Of a stretch of DNA of 64,000 bases, positions 56,141-64,000 are shown piece after piece. The notes under the pieces are model-generated. The model was not told the DNA's origin. It did no database searches and was given only the letters and a program-made list of their open reading frames with translations. This stretch comes from Dehalococcoidia bacterium (GTDB lineage Bacteria; Chloroflexota; Dehalococcoidia; UBA2979), in NCBI GenBank assembly GCA_965262725.1, contig OZ253555.1, positions 2,048,001 through 2,112,000 on the forward strand, in the 5' to 3' direction. Both the position numbers and the translations under genes were made by a program. Positions within the stretch are counted from its first letter, which is position 1, and every line of letters begins with the position of its first letter.

Positions 56141-58646
56141 GAGCTTGCATCTTGCCGAGGTGGTGCCGCCGCGCGACCTGGAGGGGGGCATCACGGCCGC
56201 CCGGGGCATGCTGCGCGCGCTCGCCGGGGAGCGCCTCTCGCTCGAGATCGTCGTCGACGCGGAGGGGCCGCGCTGGTACCTGCGCGCGGAGGCGCGGGCG
56301 GACCTCGAGCGTGCCCTCGCGCAGCTGAGGGCCGCCTACCCGCAGGCGCGCGCCGAGGAGATCCCCCCGGGGCGGCCCGAGCTGGATCCGGCTCGACCGC
56401 TCGGAGAGGAGCGATCCGTACTCGTCGAGCTCCGCCACCTGGCCGAGCCGGCGCTCCCCCTCCGCGCCGACTGGCGCCACGACCCCGATCCGCTCACCGG
56501 GCTCGTGGCGGGGATCGCGCCGGATGCGACGGAGCGCGTCGTCGTGAGGCTCTCGCTCGCTCCCGCTCCGCGGGGCGCCGACGCGCGTATCCGCCGCCGC
56601 GCCGCGCCCGCCGTCCGGGAATGGCGCGAACCGTCGGCGCCGCGCGGGCCGAGCCCCGTCCCGATGGTCGCCCTGCTCGCGCTCGTCGCCGGCGGGCTCC
56701 AGGGCTGGCGCTGGTGGGTGGAGGGCGAGTGGGAGCTCCTCGCCGCGGGAGGCGCGGGCGCTCTCGTCGCGCTGCCCGCCGCCGCCGCGCTCGCCGTCCG
56801 CCTCCGGCGCCGCCCCGACCCGCTCCCGCCGCAGCTCGTCGAGCAGAAGCTCGCGGCGCCGCTCGCCGCCGCGAGGCTTCAGGTGCTCGCGATCGGCGGC
56901 CGGCACGCGGACGGCGGGCGGCTGCGCCGGCTCGCGTCGCAGGCGGCCTCCTCCTACGAGGGCTACGACGGCGCCGCGGGCGGCGGCCTCCGGCCCGGGC
57001 GCGCGCGCCCGGCGCGCCGCGGCAAAGCGGGGCGACTGCCCCTTCTCCTCAACACCGACGAGCTCGCCGCGCTCTGGCACCTGCCCGACGAGGCGGCCGC
57101 GCCGGCCGGCGTTCGGCGCACGACCGCCCGGCGCCTCGCGCCCGCTCCGGGCCATGCGCGGCGGGGGGCGCGCGTCGGCCGGGCAGACGCCGGCGGCCGG
57201 TCGGTCCCGGTGTACATGCCGCAGCCGCTCCTCCACCGCAACCAGCTCATCGTCGCGAAGACCCGCCGCGGCAAGTCGACGCTGCTCCGGCACCTCGCCG
57301 CCTCCGTGATGGAGGGGGTGGGCCCGGAGGAGACGGCGCTGGTCGTGGTCGACCCGCACCAGGACCTCGCCGAGGCGGTGCTCGCGGCCGTCCCGCCGGA
57401 GCTCTCGGAGCGCACGACCTACCTCGACTTCGCGAACCCGGAGCGGCCCGTCGGCCTCAACCTCCTGGACCGGGGCCTCTTCCCGGACCGCGACCGCACG
57501 ACCGAGCACGTCGTCACGATGATGAACAGGCTCTGGCCGGCCAACTGGGGGCCGCGCATGGAGGGGGCGCTCCGCGCCTCGCTGCTCGCGCTGCTCGACG
57601 CGAACTTGCAGTACGGGCGGGACGAGCAATTCACGCTGCTCGACGTGGCGCCGCTTCTCACCGACCGGGAGTTCCGCGAGGGCGTGCTCGACCAGGTGCG
57701 GGACCCGGCGGTGCGCGCCTGGTGGCGCGACAACTACGACCGCGTCGGGCGCGTGCTGCAGCAGCAGACGGCGAACCCGGTCACCTCGAAGATCGGCCGC
57801 TTCACGGTCACCGAGGCCTCGCGCCTGGTCTTCGGGCAGGCGCGCTCCACCTTCGATCCGCGCGAGATCGTGCGGGAGGGCGGCGTGCTCGTCGTCAACA
57901 CCGCCACGGGTGCGCTCGGCGAGGGCGCCTCGGCGCTCGTCGGGGCGACGCTCCTCAACCTGCTCGGGCTGCTGGTCGAGGAGCAGGTGGCGCTCCCGCC
58001 GGAGCGCCGGCGCAAGGTCATCGGCCTGGTCGACGAGTCGAGCACGCTCGGCGCGGTCGACTACCCGCGGATGCTCTCCGAGCTCGGCAAGTACGGCGCG
58101 AGCTTCGTGCTGGTGACGCAGTCGCTCGCGAAGCTCGACGCCGTCGACCGCAACCTCGCGCCGACGCTTTTCGCCAACACCGACGGGCTCACCGTCTTCG
58201 GGGTGAGCGCCGAGGACGCGAGGCGCCTCGTGCCCGAGCTCGGGAGCGGTATTGAGGTCGCTGACCTGGTCTCGCTCGACGACTTCACGTGCTACGCGCG
58301 GTGGTGGGACGGGCGCACCCGGCCTCCGGCCTTCTCGTTCCGGGTCGACCCGCCACCGGCCGCCCTCCCCGGGCGTGCCGAGGCGATCGCCCGCCGCTCG
58401 GCGGAGCGCGTGGGACGGCCGCGCGAGCTCGTGGCGCGGGAGGTCGACGAGGCGCTCGCGGAGCGCTCGCCCGCCGGGCGGCGGGGCCGGGCGCGGGCGT
58501 CCGGGGAGGAGCTGGCCGGGCGGGCGATCGAGGGAGCCGTGCGGGTCGCGCTGGATGCGGGGGGCCACGAGGCGGGCGATACGTCCGGGACCGCAGCGCC
58601 TGCGCGCCGCGGCCGCGGCAACGCCCAGAGGGGGGCGGCCACGTGA
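56076..58646 (+). CDS. VirD4/TraD-like type IV coupling protein
   Basis: Two TMs, AKTRRGKST, VVDPHQDL, LVDESS, ELGKYGASFVLVTQ. Start could be 56076 or 56124. Confidence 0.85.
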   Translation: MGTHREVHVGTFRGTAMRPPAESLHLAEVVPPRDLEGGITAARGMLRALAGERLSLEIVVDAEGPRWYLRAEARADLERALAQLRAAYPQARAEEIPPGRPELDPARPLGEERSVLVELRHLAEPALPLRADWRHDPDPLTGLVAGIAPDATERVVVRLSLAPAPRGADARIRRRAAPAVREWREPSAPRGPSPVPMVALLALVAGGLQGWRWWVEGEWELLAAGGAGALVALPAAAALAVRLRRRPDPLPPQLVEQKLAAPLAAARLQVLAIGGRHADGGRLRRLASQAASSYEGYDGAAGGGLRPGRARPARRGKAGRLPLLLNTDELAALWHLPDEAAAPAGVRRTTARRLAPAPGHARRGARVGRADAGGRSVPVYMPQPLLHRNQLIVAKTRRGKSTLLRHLAASVMEGVGPEETALVVVDPHQDLAEAVLAAVPPELSERTTYLDFANPERPVGLNLLDRGLFPDRDRTTEHVVTMMNRLWPANWGPRMEGALRASLLALLDANLQYGRDEQFTLLDVAPLLTDREFREGVLDQVRDPAVRAWWRDNYDRVGRVLQQQTANPVTSKIGRFTVTEASRLVFGQARSTFDPREIVREGGVLVVNTATGALGEGASALVGATLLNLLGLLVEEQVALPPERRRKVIGLVDESSTLGAVDYPRMLSELGKYGASFVLVTQSLAKLDAVDRNLAPTLFANTDGLTVFGVSAEDARRLVPELGSGIEVADLVSLDDFTCYARWWDGRTRPPAFSFRVDPPPAALPGRAEAIARRSAERVGRPRELVAREVDEALAERSPAGRRGRARASGEELAGRAIEGAVRVALDAGGHEAGDTSGTAAPARRGRGNAQRGAAT

Positions 58647-60466
58647 TCGCGGCGGGCGCGCACCTCGCCCGCGCGCTGGAGTGGGTGGCGCGCCTGCCGC
58701 TCCTCGGCGAGCCGGAGCTCGCGCGGCTGCTCGGCGTCGACGAGCCGGACGCGCGCGCGCTGCGCCTCGCGCTCGAGCGGCTCGGGTGGGTCGAGTGGGT
58801 CGTGGCCCGGGACGGTGGGCTCGCGCCCGATCGACTCAGCTTCGTGCGGGAGGCGGCGCTCCCGGCGCTCGCGCGGCTGCTCCCCGTGGAAGAGGACGCG
58901 CTCGCCGCCCGCGTCCCGGCGCGCCGCGGCGACATCCTGGCGCGGATCGTGCGTGCGGGGACGACGGCCCGGGTCAACCGCTTCCTCGCGGAGCTCGCGG
59001 CCAACCCGGGCATTCCGCATGTGGAGCTGGAGGATGCACGCTCGCTCCCGCTCGCGATGCTGCGGAGCGAGCGCTGGTGGCCGCGCGGCGTCGAGGGCTA
59101 CGGCTGCCTCCGGGCGGGCTCGCTGCGGGCGCCGTTCTTCGTGGCCTGGGACCGGGAAGGGGCGCCCGACGCGTACCGCCGCCAGCGGGCGCTCGGCTGG
59201 GCGGCGCCCACACTGGGTGCGGAGGCGCGCTGGGGTGCGGAGGGGCTGCCTCCGGTCCTCCTCGTCCGCCGCGGCCGCCGCGGCCGGGCGGTCTGGGAGC
59301 GCGCGCTCGGGCGCGCGGCGGAGCGCGCGGCAAGGCGGCCGCCCGGCGTCCTGGTCGCGGATGCGGACGAGATCGCAGCGGCCGGGCCGGCCGGGTCGAT
59401 CTGGTCGGACCCGGTCGCCGCACGCGCAGGAAGCCTGCTGGAGCAGCTCGGGTGGGGCGCGCCGCCGCCGCTCGGACGCGTCTGTGTGACGGGGGATCTG
59501 GGTGGCGTGGGCCGCCCGCCGCCGGGCGAATCGCTCAGGCGGTGGGCGCCGCGCGCGGCGGCGGGCTCCGCCGCCGGCATCGGCGAGCGCGTTGCCGCGA
59601 TCGCGATGACGACCGACCCGGACGAGAAGCGCCTGCTCGAGTGGATCGGGCGCTGGCCGCTGCTCAGCATCCCGCAACTGGCGAGCCTCGCCTCCCTCGA
59701 CGCGGCGGCCGTCGAGCGGCGGGTGGAGCGAATCCTCCGCCTGGGCATCGCGCGCTTCGATACGGACGGACAGCCGGACGAGTCCCCGGCGAAGCAGCTT
59801 CTGCTCACGCCGCTCGGCCTGCTGCTGCTCGCCCGCCGGGACGGGGTGCCGGAGGGTCACTACGCGCTCTTCGCGGGCGTGAGCGCCCCCGACCCGGCGG
59901 GAGATGCCCCCTCGGTCCGCCACCGGGCCCACCAACTCGGCCTCAACGGCGTCGTTGCACGGCTCGCGGCGGACGCGCGCGCCGCCGGGGGCCGGCTCGT
60001 GGTCTGCCGCAACGAAGCGCAGTCGACCAGCCGCTTCCGGCACGAAGGGCGGGCTGCGTGGATCCGGCCCGACGGTTCGGGCGTGGTCGCCCTCGGTGGA
60101 GGCCGCGTGCCGTTCCTGCTCGAGTACGACCGCGGGACGCTCGACTCCGGTGACTTCGCGGCGAAGTTCGGCGGCTATGCGCGCTACTACGCGGCCCGCG
60201 CCTGGCGCCGTGACTTCGATGCCGAGCCCCTGTTGCTCTTCGTCTGCATCGATGACCGGGCGGAGGAGCACGTGGTGCGCGCCGCCCGGCGTGCCGCACG
60301 CGAGTCCGCCCTCCGCCTACCCCTCCTGGCCACGACCGGGTGGCGGTCGGGTCGGGGCCCCCGGAATCCGAGAGGATTGCTGGGGCCCGTCTGGGGCCCT
60401 TCCGGTGCATCGGGCGAGGGGCGCCGGTCGGTGGGGCTGCGCGTCCCGCGGGCAGAGAGCCAGTGA
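58643..60466 (+). CDS. Replication-relaxation (Replic_Relax / MOBC-like) relaxase
   Basis: HQLGLN...IRPDGSG...FLLEYDRGT...KFGGYARYY; GTGA overlap with the coupling protein. Confidence 0.8.
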   Translation: MIAAGAHLARALEWVARLPLLGEPELARLLGVDEPDARALRLALERLGWVEWVVARDGGLAPDRLSFVREAALPALARLLPVEEDALAARVPARRGDILARIVRAGTTARVNRFLAELAANPGIPHVELEDARSLPLAMLRSERWWPRGVEGYGCLRAGSLRAPFFVAWDREGAPDAYRRQRALGWAAPTLGAEARWGAEGLPPVLLVRRGRRGRAVWERALGRAAERAARRPPGVLVADADEIAAAGPAGSIWSDPVAARAGSLLEQLGWGAPPPLGRVCVTGDLGGVGRPPPGESLRRWAPRAAAGSAAGIGERVAAIAMTTDPDEKRLLEWIGRWPLLSIPQLASLASLDAAAVERRVERILRLGIARFDTDGQPDESPAKQLLLTPLGLLLLARRDGVPEGHYALFAGVSAPDPAGDAPSVRHRAHQLGLNGVVARLAADARAAGGRLVVCRNEAQSTSRFRHEGRAAWIRPDGSGVVALGGGRVPFLLEYDRGTLDSGDFAAKFGGYARYYAARAWRRDFDAEPLLLFVCIDDRAEEHVVRAARRAARESALRLPLLATTGWRSGRGPRNPRGLLGPVWGPSGASGEGRRSVGLRVPRAESQ

Positions 60467-60649
60467 GGCCCCGTCGAGAGGCCGGGGGGGCGCGCGCTCA
60501 CGAGCGGGTCCGCGGGCGGCGCAGTGGGTCACGGGGGCGACCGGCGCTGCCTCCGACCGTGGAGTACCTTTGTCGTGAGTACGCAGCGGTCGGGTGGGCG
60601 ATCTGGGAGCGTGAACGCGCGCGCCGGGAGGGCAGGGACGGGAAGCACG

Positions 60650-62266
60650 ATGGGCAGAACTGAGCGAGCGGTCGGGTACGTCCGCGTCTCCACCGAGGAA
60701 CAGGCCGACGGGCACTCGCTCGATGCCCAGCGCCGCGAGATCGCACGCCACTGCGAGCGGCACGGGTACGAACTCGTGCGGATCTACGCGGACGAGGGCG
60801 TGAGCGCGCACACGGAGAAGATCGAGAAGCGGCCGATGCTAGCCGCGCTCCTCGACGCCTCCTCCCGCCGCGAGTTCGATGTCGTGGTGGTGCACACGAT
60901 TGATCGCTGGGCGCGGAACGTTGGTGTCCAGCGGCAGGCCCTGCAGTACCTCGGTCAATTCAACGTCGGCTTCGCCAGCGTCACCGAGAACATCGACTTC
61001 ACGACGCCAGCGGGGAAGCTGATGTTGACGATGATCGGGGGCGTCTCGGAGTTCTTCTCCGATCAACTCGCCGTCCACGTGAGCAAGGCGTTCCGGGAGC
61101 GGGCCGAGAACGGACTGCCGCCGGGTCCCGTGCCCTTCGGGTACGTGGCGCCGAGTCCCGGCGCGATCCCGGGCGTGGTCCCCGGGGAAGGGGAGGCGGT
61201 CGCCGAGGTCTTCCGGCAGCGGGCGCAGGGGGAGTCGTACGGCGCCATCGCCCGGTGGCTGAACGCGGAGGGCTTCGAGACGCGCGGGCACAACCCGGTC
61301 TTCACGTCGTTCGCGGTGAAGGACATGCTCGCCAACGTCTTCTACCGCGGTGCGGTTCTGTACAAGGGGACCGAGTTCGCGGGCGCCCACGAGGCGCTGG
61401 TCGACGACGACCTCTTCCGGCAGGTGCAGGCGAAGCGGGGGGTGCGGCGACAGCGGCGCCTCGTGGTCGGTGGCCGGGGGATCCTCCAGGGGCGGGTGAG
61501 CTGCGGGCACTGCGGAAGGGCGCTCCAATCCGACCGTGATCACCGGGGACGGCCGATGTACCGGGAGCGTCACGGCGAGCGGTGCAGCACGAACAACCGA
61601 TCCCTCATGGCCGCGGGCGTCGACGAGCAACTCGGTGCGATCTGGAAGTCGGTGCAGTTCTCGACGGACTGGCGCGACCGGATGGCGGAGATCCTCTCAG
61701 CCGGTTACGACGGTCCGAGCGCCGAGGACCTGGCCGAGAATCGTCGGCGCATCGCCCGGGCCTATGCCGACGGGGGACTCAACGAAACCGAGTACGAGGT
61801 GCGCCTCGCCGCGATCGACAAGCGCGCCCGGGACGTGCTCCGCCCCTCGGGCCCCGCGTTCGACGAGGCGGCGGAGTTGTTCTCGGACATGCCTGCGCTG
61901 TGGGAGCGGGCCGCGCCGGAGGAGCGGCGGCGGCTGGTGGCTCCCCTGATCGAGCGCGTCTACCTCGACATCGACTCGAGGCGCATCGGCGCGATCACGC
62001 CGACACCGGAGTTCAAGGCGCTGATCGACCATGCGCTCGAGCCGACGGCCGATCCCGAGGTCGCGCTGATCCCGCCGGAATCGGCTGAAGACGTTAGCAG
62101 TTGGAGATCCTGGAGATGGAGGTCAGGTGACATAACTGCCGACGACGGGGTCGATTTGAATCTGGACGAAAACGCTGACCTAGTAAACAGTTGGAGATGG
62201 TGGAGACGGGGGAGAATCGAACTCCCCGTCCAGAGAGCGTCCGTCACGGATCTGCTACGGGTGTAG
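60650..62266 (+). CDS. Large serine recombinase (integrase) of the ssrA-integrated island
   Basis: AVGYVRVSTEEQ, DRWARN, recombinase domain, Zn ribbon CGHCG. The last 69 nt overlap the tmRNA 3' end in antisense. Confidence 0.92.
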   Translation: MGRTERAVGYVRVSTEEQADGHSLDAQRREIARHCERHGYELVRIYADEGVSAHTEKIEKRPMLAALLDASSRREFDVVVVHTIDRWARNVGVQRQALQYLGQFNVGFASVTENIDFTTPAGKLMLTMIGGVSEFFSDQLAVHVSKAFRERAENGLPPGPVPFGYVAPSPGAIPGVVPGEGEAVAEVFRQRAQGESYGAIARWLNAEGFETRGHNPVFTSFAVKDMLANVFYRGAVLYKGTEFAGAHEALVDDDLFRQVQAKRGVRRQRRLVVGGRGILQGRVSCGHCGRALQSDRDHRGRPMYRERHGERCSTNNRSLMAAGVDEQLGAIWKSVQFSTDWRDRMAEILSAGYDGPSAEDLAENRRRIARAYADGGLNETEYEVRLAAIDKRARDVLRPSGPAFDEAAELFSDMPALWERAAPEERRRLVAPLIERVYLDIDSRRIGAITPTPEFKALIDHALEPTADPEVALIPPESAEDVSSWRSWRWRSGDITADDGVDLNLDENADLVNSWRWWRRGRIELPVQRASVTDLLRV

Positions 62267-62550
62267 TCAGCGGTAAATCTCGCCGCCGCGCCTCCGCTGA
62301 CCAGGGGTGCGTCGACCAGTCTCGGTTAGCTTAGCGGGCGTCGCCCGAGGCGCACGCCGTCCGCGCATCCCGGCTTATCGTCGCCTCACCGAGCCCGCCG
62401 GGAGGGGGCCCGGGTCAACGTCGCTACCTAACTAGGCAGCGAGAGCGAGTTGTCGTTCGCCAGTTACCTTTTGCCACCTGATTTACGAGGGTGGTGGCAC
62501 CTCGACCCGCAAACCGCGTCCGTTGGCTCCTGTCGATTCCTGTCGTCCCC
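62198..62550 (-). ncRNA. ssrA: tmRNA (353 nt)
   Basis: 5' GGGGACGACAGGAATCGAC; 3' T-arm and acceptor ...GTTCGATTCTCCCCCGTCTCCACCA; tag ORF 62461-62432 = GERQLALAA*; directly downstream of smpB. Confidence 0.95.
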
Positions 62551-62634
62551 ATGTTCACCCACCGGAGCGGCTCTTCGCTCCGGTGGTTCAATACTATCGC
62601 AATGACTCCGGGGAGTCATCGCCGAGCGCCACCA

Positions 62635-63141
62635 TCAGCGGGGTGACTCTCGAACGGAGTGGCGGAGCGCCCGCTGAATCGAACGGGCGGCGTCTCGCCG
62701 TGCGATCGCCTGCCTCTTGTCGTAGGCGCGCCGGCCGCGTCCGACGGCGAGCTCCACCTTGGCGCGTCCCGCCTTCAGATAGAGCCTGACCGGTACCAGC
62801 GTCGTACGCGGGTTCTCGCCGAGCGAGCGCTCGAGGCGCCTGATCTCCTCCTTGTGCAACAGCAGCTTCCGCGGTCGGGTCGGCTCGTGATTCTCACGGG
62901 CGGGCGGGTAGGGGGCGATGTGGACGTTCTCCAGCCACAGCTCGCCGTGGCGGAGGCGCGCGTAGCCCTCGGAGATATTCGCGTTCCCGGAGCGGATCGA
63001 TTTGATCTCGGAGCCGAGCAGCACGAGCCCTGCCTCGGTGTAAGAGAGGATCTCGTAGTCGTAGCGGGCGCGCCGGTTCTGGGCGACCGTGTGGTCGGCG
63101 CCCTGAACGGTGCGGGGGACCTGGCGCTTTCGTTTTGCCAC
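62635..63141 (-). CDS. smpB: SsrA-binding protein
   Basis: NRRARYDY, EAGLVLLGSEIKSIR, RKLLLHKEEI, YDKRQAI. Confidence 0.97.
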   Translation of the reverse strand: MAKRKRQVPRTVQGADHTVAQNRRARYDYEILSYTEAGLVLLGSEIKSIRSGNANISEGYARLRHGELWLENVHIAPYPPARENHEPTRPRKLLLHKEEIRRLERSLGENPRTTLVPVRLYLKAGRAKVELAVGRGRRAYDKRQAIARRDAARSIQRALRHSVRESPR

Positions 63142-63282
63142 CTACGGACTCCGGAGTGGCCGGCGGAAAGCCGGTGCGAGTTTAGACGACATAAGTGTAA
63201 GCCTCGCGCCTCGGATCGGGAGGTGAGGGCTGCGACAGGGTAGCGCAGCCCCGGTGGGGTAGGGCCTGTGCGCGGGGATCCG

Positions 63283-64000
63283 TCAGTTCGCCGACTGAGA
63301 CTCGATCTGCGCCCGCAGGACATCGATGGCGCGGTGGATGAACACATCTCGCTGGGCGTCGATGTCCTCGGGCGTCAGCTCCACTGGAACGTCGGGGATG
63401 ACGCCGAGGCCCTCGATCAGGTTGCGGTTCGGCGAGAGGTACCGCGCGATCGAGATGTAGATGGCCCCACCGTCGGAGAGTTCGCGCACCGAGTTCACCG
63501 TCCCCTTGCCGAAGGATCGCGCGCCGACGATCGTCGCGCGGCCGTGCTCCTGCAGCGCCACGGCGAGGAGCTCCGAGCCCGAGGCGGACTGTTCGTCCTG
63601 GACGATGACGATCGGGAGTTGGGTGACTTGTCCCGGCCGTGCCTCGGCAATTCGTTCGTTACCGTCCCGGTCGACCTGGACGATGATTACTCCCTCATCG
63701 AGGAAGAGATCGGTGACCTCCACTGTCTCCGCGAGCAGGCCTCCGGGGTTGCCGCGGACGTCGAGGATCAGTCCCTGGACGCCATCCGCCTCGATGCTCT
63801 CGATCATGTCCTGCAACTCGTCCGGCGTGCGCTCCGTGAACTGGGCGATGCGGATGTAGCCGAGATCCGTGACGTCATTGCCATCGGCGTCGCGGAGGAC
63901 GCCGCCCGGCGGTATCCGATTGATCGAGTCGACCTCGATCCGGTCGCGGACGATGTCGACGACCTCCTCCGTGCCGTCACTGTGCCGGACCTTGAGCGTC
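63283..64000 (-). CDS. S41-family C-terminal processing protease (5' part outside window)
   Basis: GYIRIAQF, LILDVRGNPGGLL, SASGSE, SFGKG, EGLGVIPD. Confidence 0.92.
   Translation of the reverse strand, partial: TLKVRHSDGTEEVVDIVRDRIEVDSINRIPPGGVLRDADGNDVTDLGYIRIAQFTERTPDELQDMIESIEADGVQGLILDVRGNPGGLLAETVEVTDLFLDEGVIIVQVDRDGNERIAEARPGQVTQLPIVIVQDEQSASGSELLAVALQEHGRATIVGARSFGKGTVNSVRELSDGGAIYISIARYLSPNRNLIEGLGVIPDVPVELTPEDIDAQRDVFIHRAIDVLRAQIESQSAN

Larger units (their letters stand above)
26858..62212. mobile_element. Integrative conjugative element-like island at the ssrA 3' end (left boundary not found; accessory DNA continues to position 1)
   Basis: Integrase next to tmRNA plus relaxase, T4CP, VirB4 and mating-pair genes. 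No distal att copy seen in the window. Confidence 0.7.

Noticed and set aside
60553-60593. ccgaccg...cggtcgg hairpin between relaxase and integrase as oriT
   Set aside because: A 7-bp GC-rich stem is too weak without comparative support.
1-64000. CRISPR array, cas genes, reverse transcriptase/DGR, tRNA or rRNA
   Set aside because: No regularly spaced repeat-spacer array or diagnostic motifs seen; the only tRNA-like sequence is the tmRNA end.

Overview
High-GC bacterial DNA. The tmRNA tag GERQLALAA suggests Chloroflexota/Dehalococcoidia-like origin (inference). Only the last ~1.8 kb is core chromosome: an S41 protease fragment, smpB and ssrA. The rest is an accessory island abutting the tmRNA 3' end. 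From right to left it holds: (1) a large serine recombinase whose ORF runs into the tmRNA 3' end; (2) a conjugation operon (VirB6-, VirB8-, pilin-, PrgI-, VirB4-like proteins, primase, VirD4-like coupling protein, Replic_Relax relaxase); (3) a ~9.6 kb hot-spot of nested IS elements (IS1595 remnant, IS5-type element with passenger gene, IS1380, IS110 remnant), a decayed second recombinase and SHOCT membrane proteins; (4) a complete Tad/Flp pilus operon with a LysM-BTAD protein and SARP/BTAD regulators; (5) a convergent six-gene membrane locus of trypsin protease, 1179-aa membrane tubulin/FtsZ-like protein and vWA protein facing a membrane GTPase, a SHOCT/TM/coiled-coil protein and a MotB-like protein; (6) an AlbA_2/Schlafen + ParA pair; (7) a second, oppositely oriented coupling protein-relaxase pair. 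Locus (5), with its possible SHOCT-linked partners, is the strongest candidate for an uncharacterised system. All family calls come from motif recognition by eye; no database searches were run.
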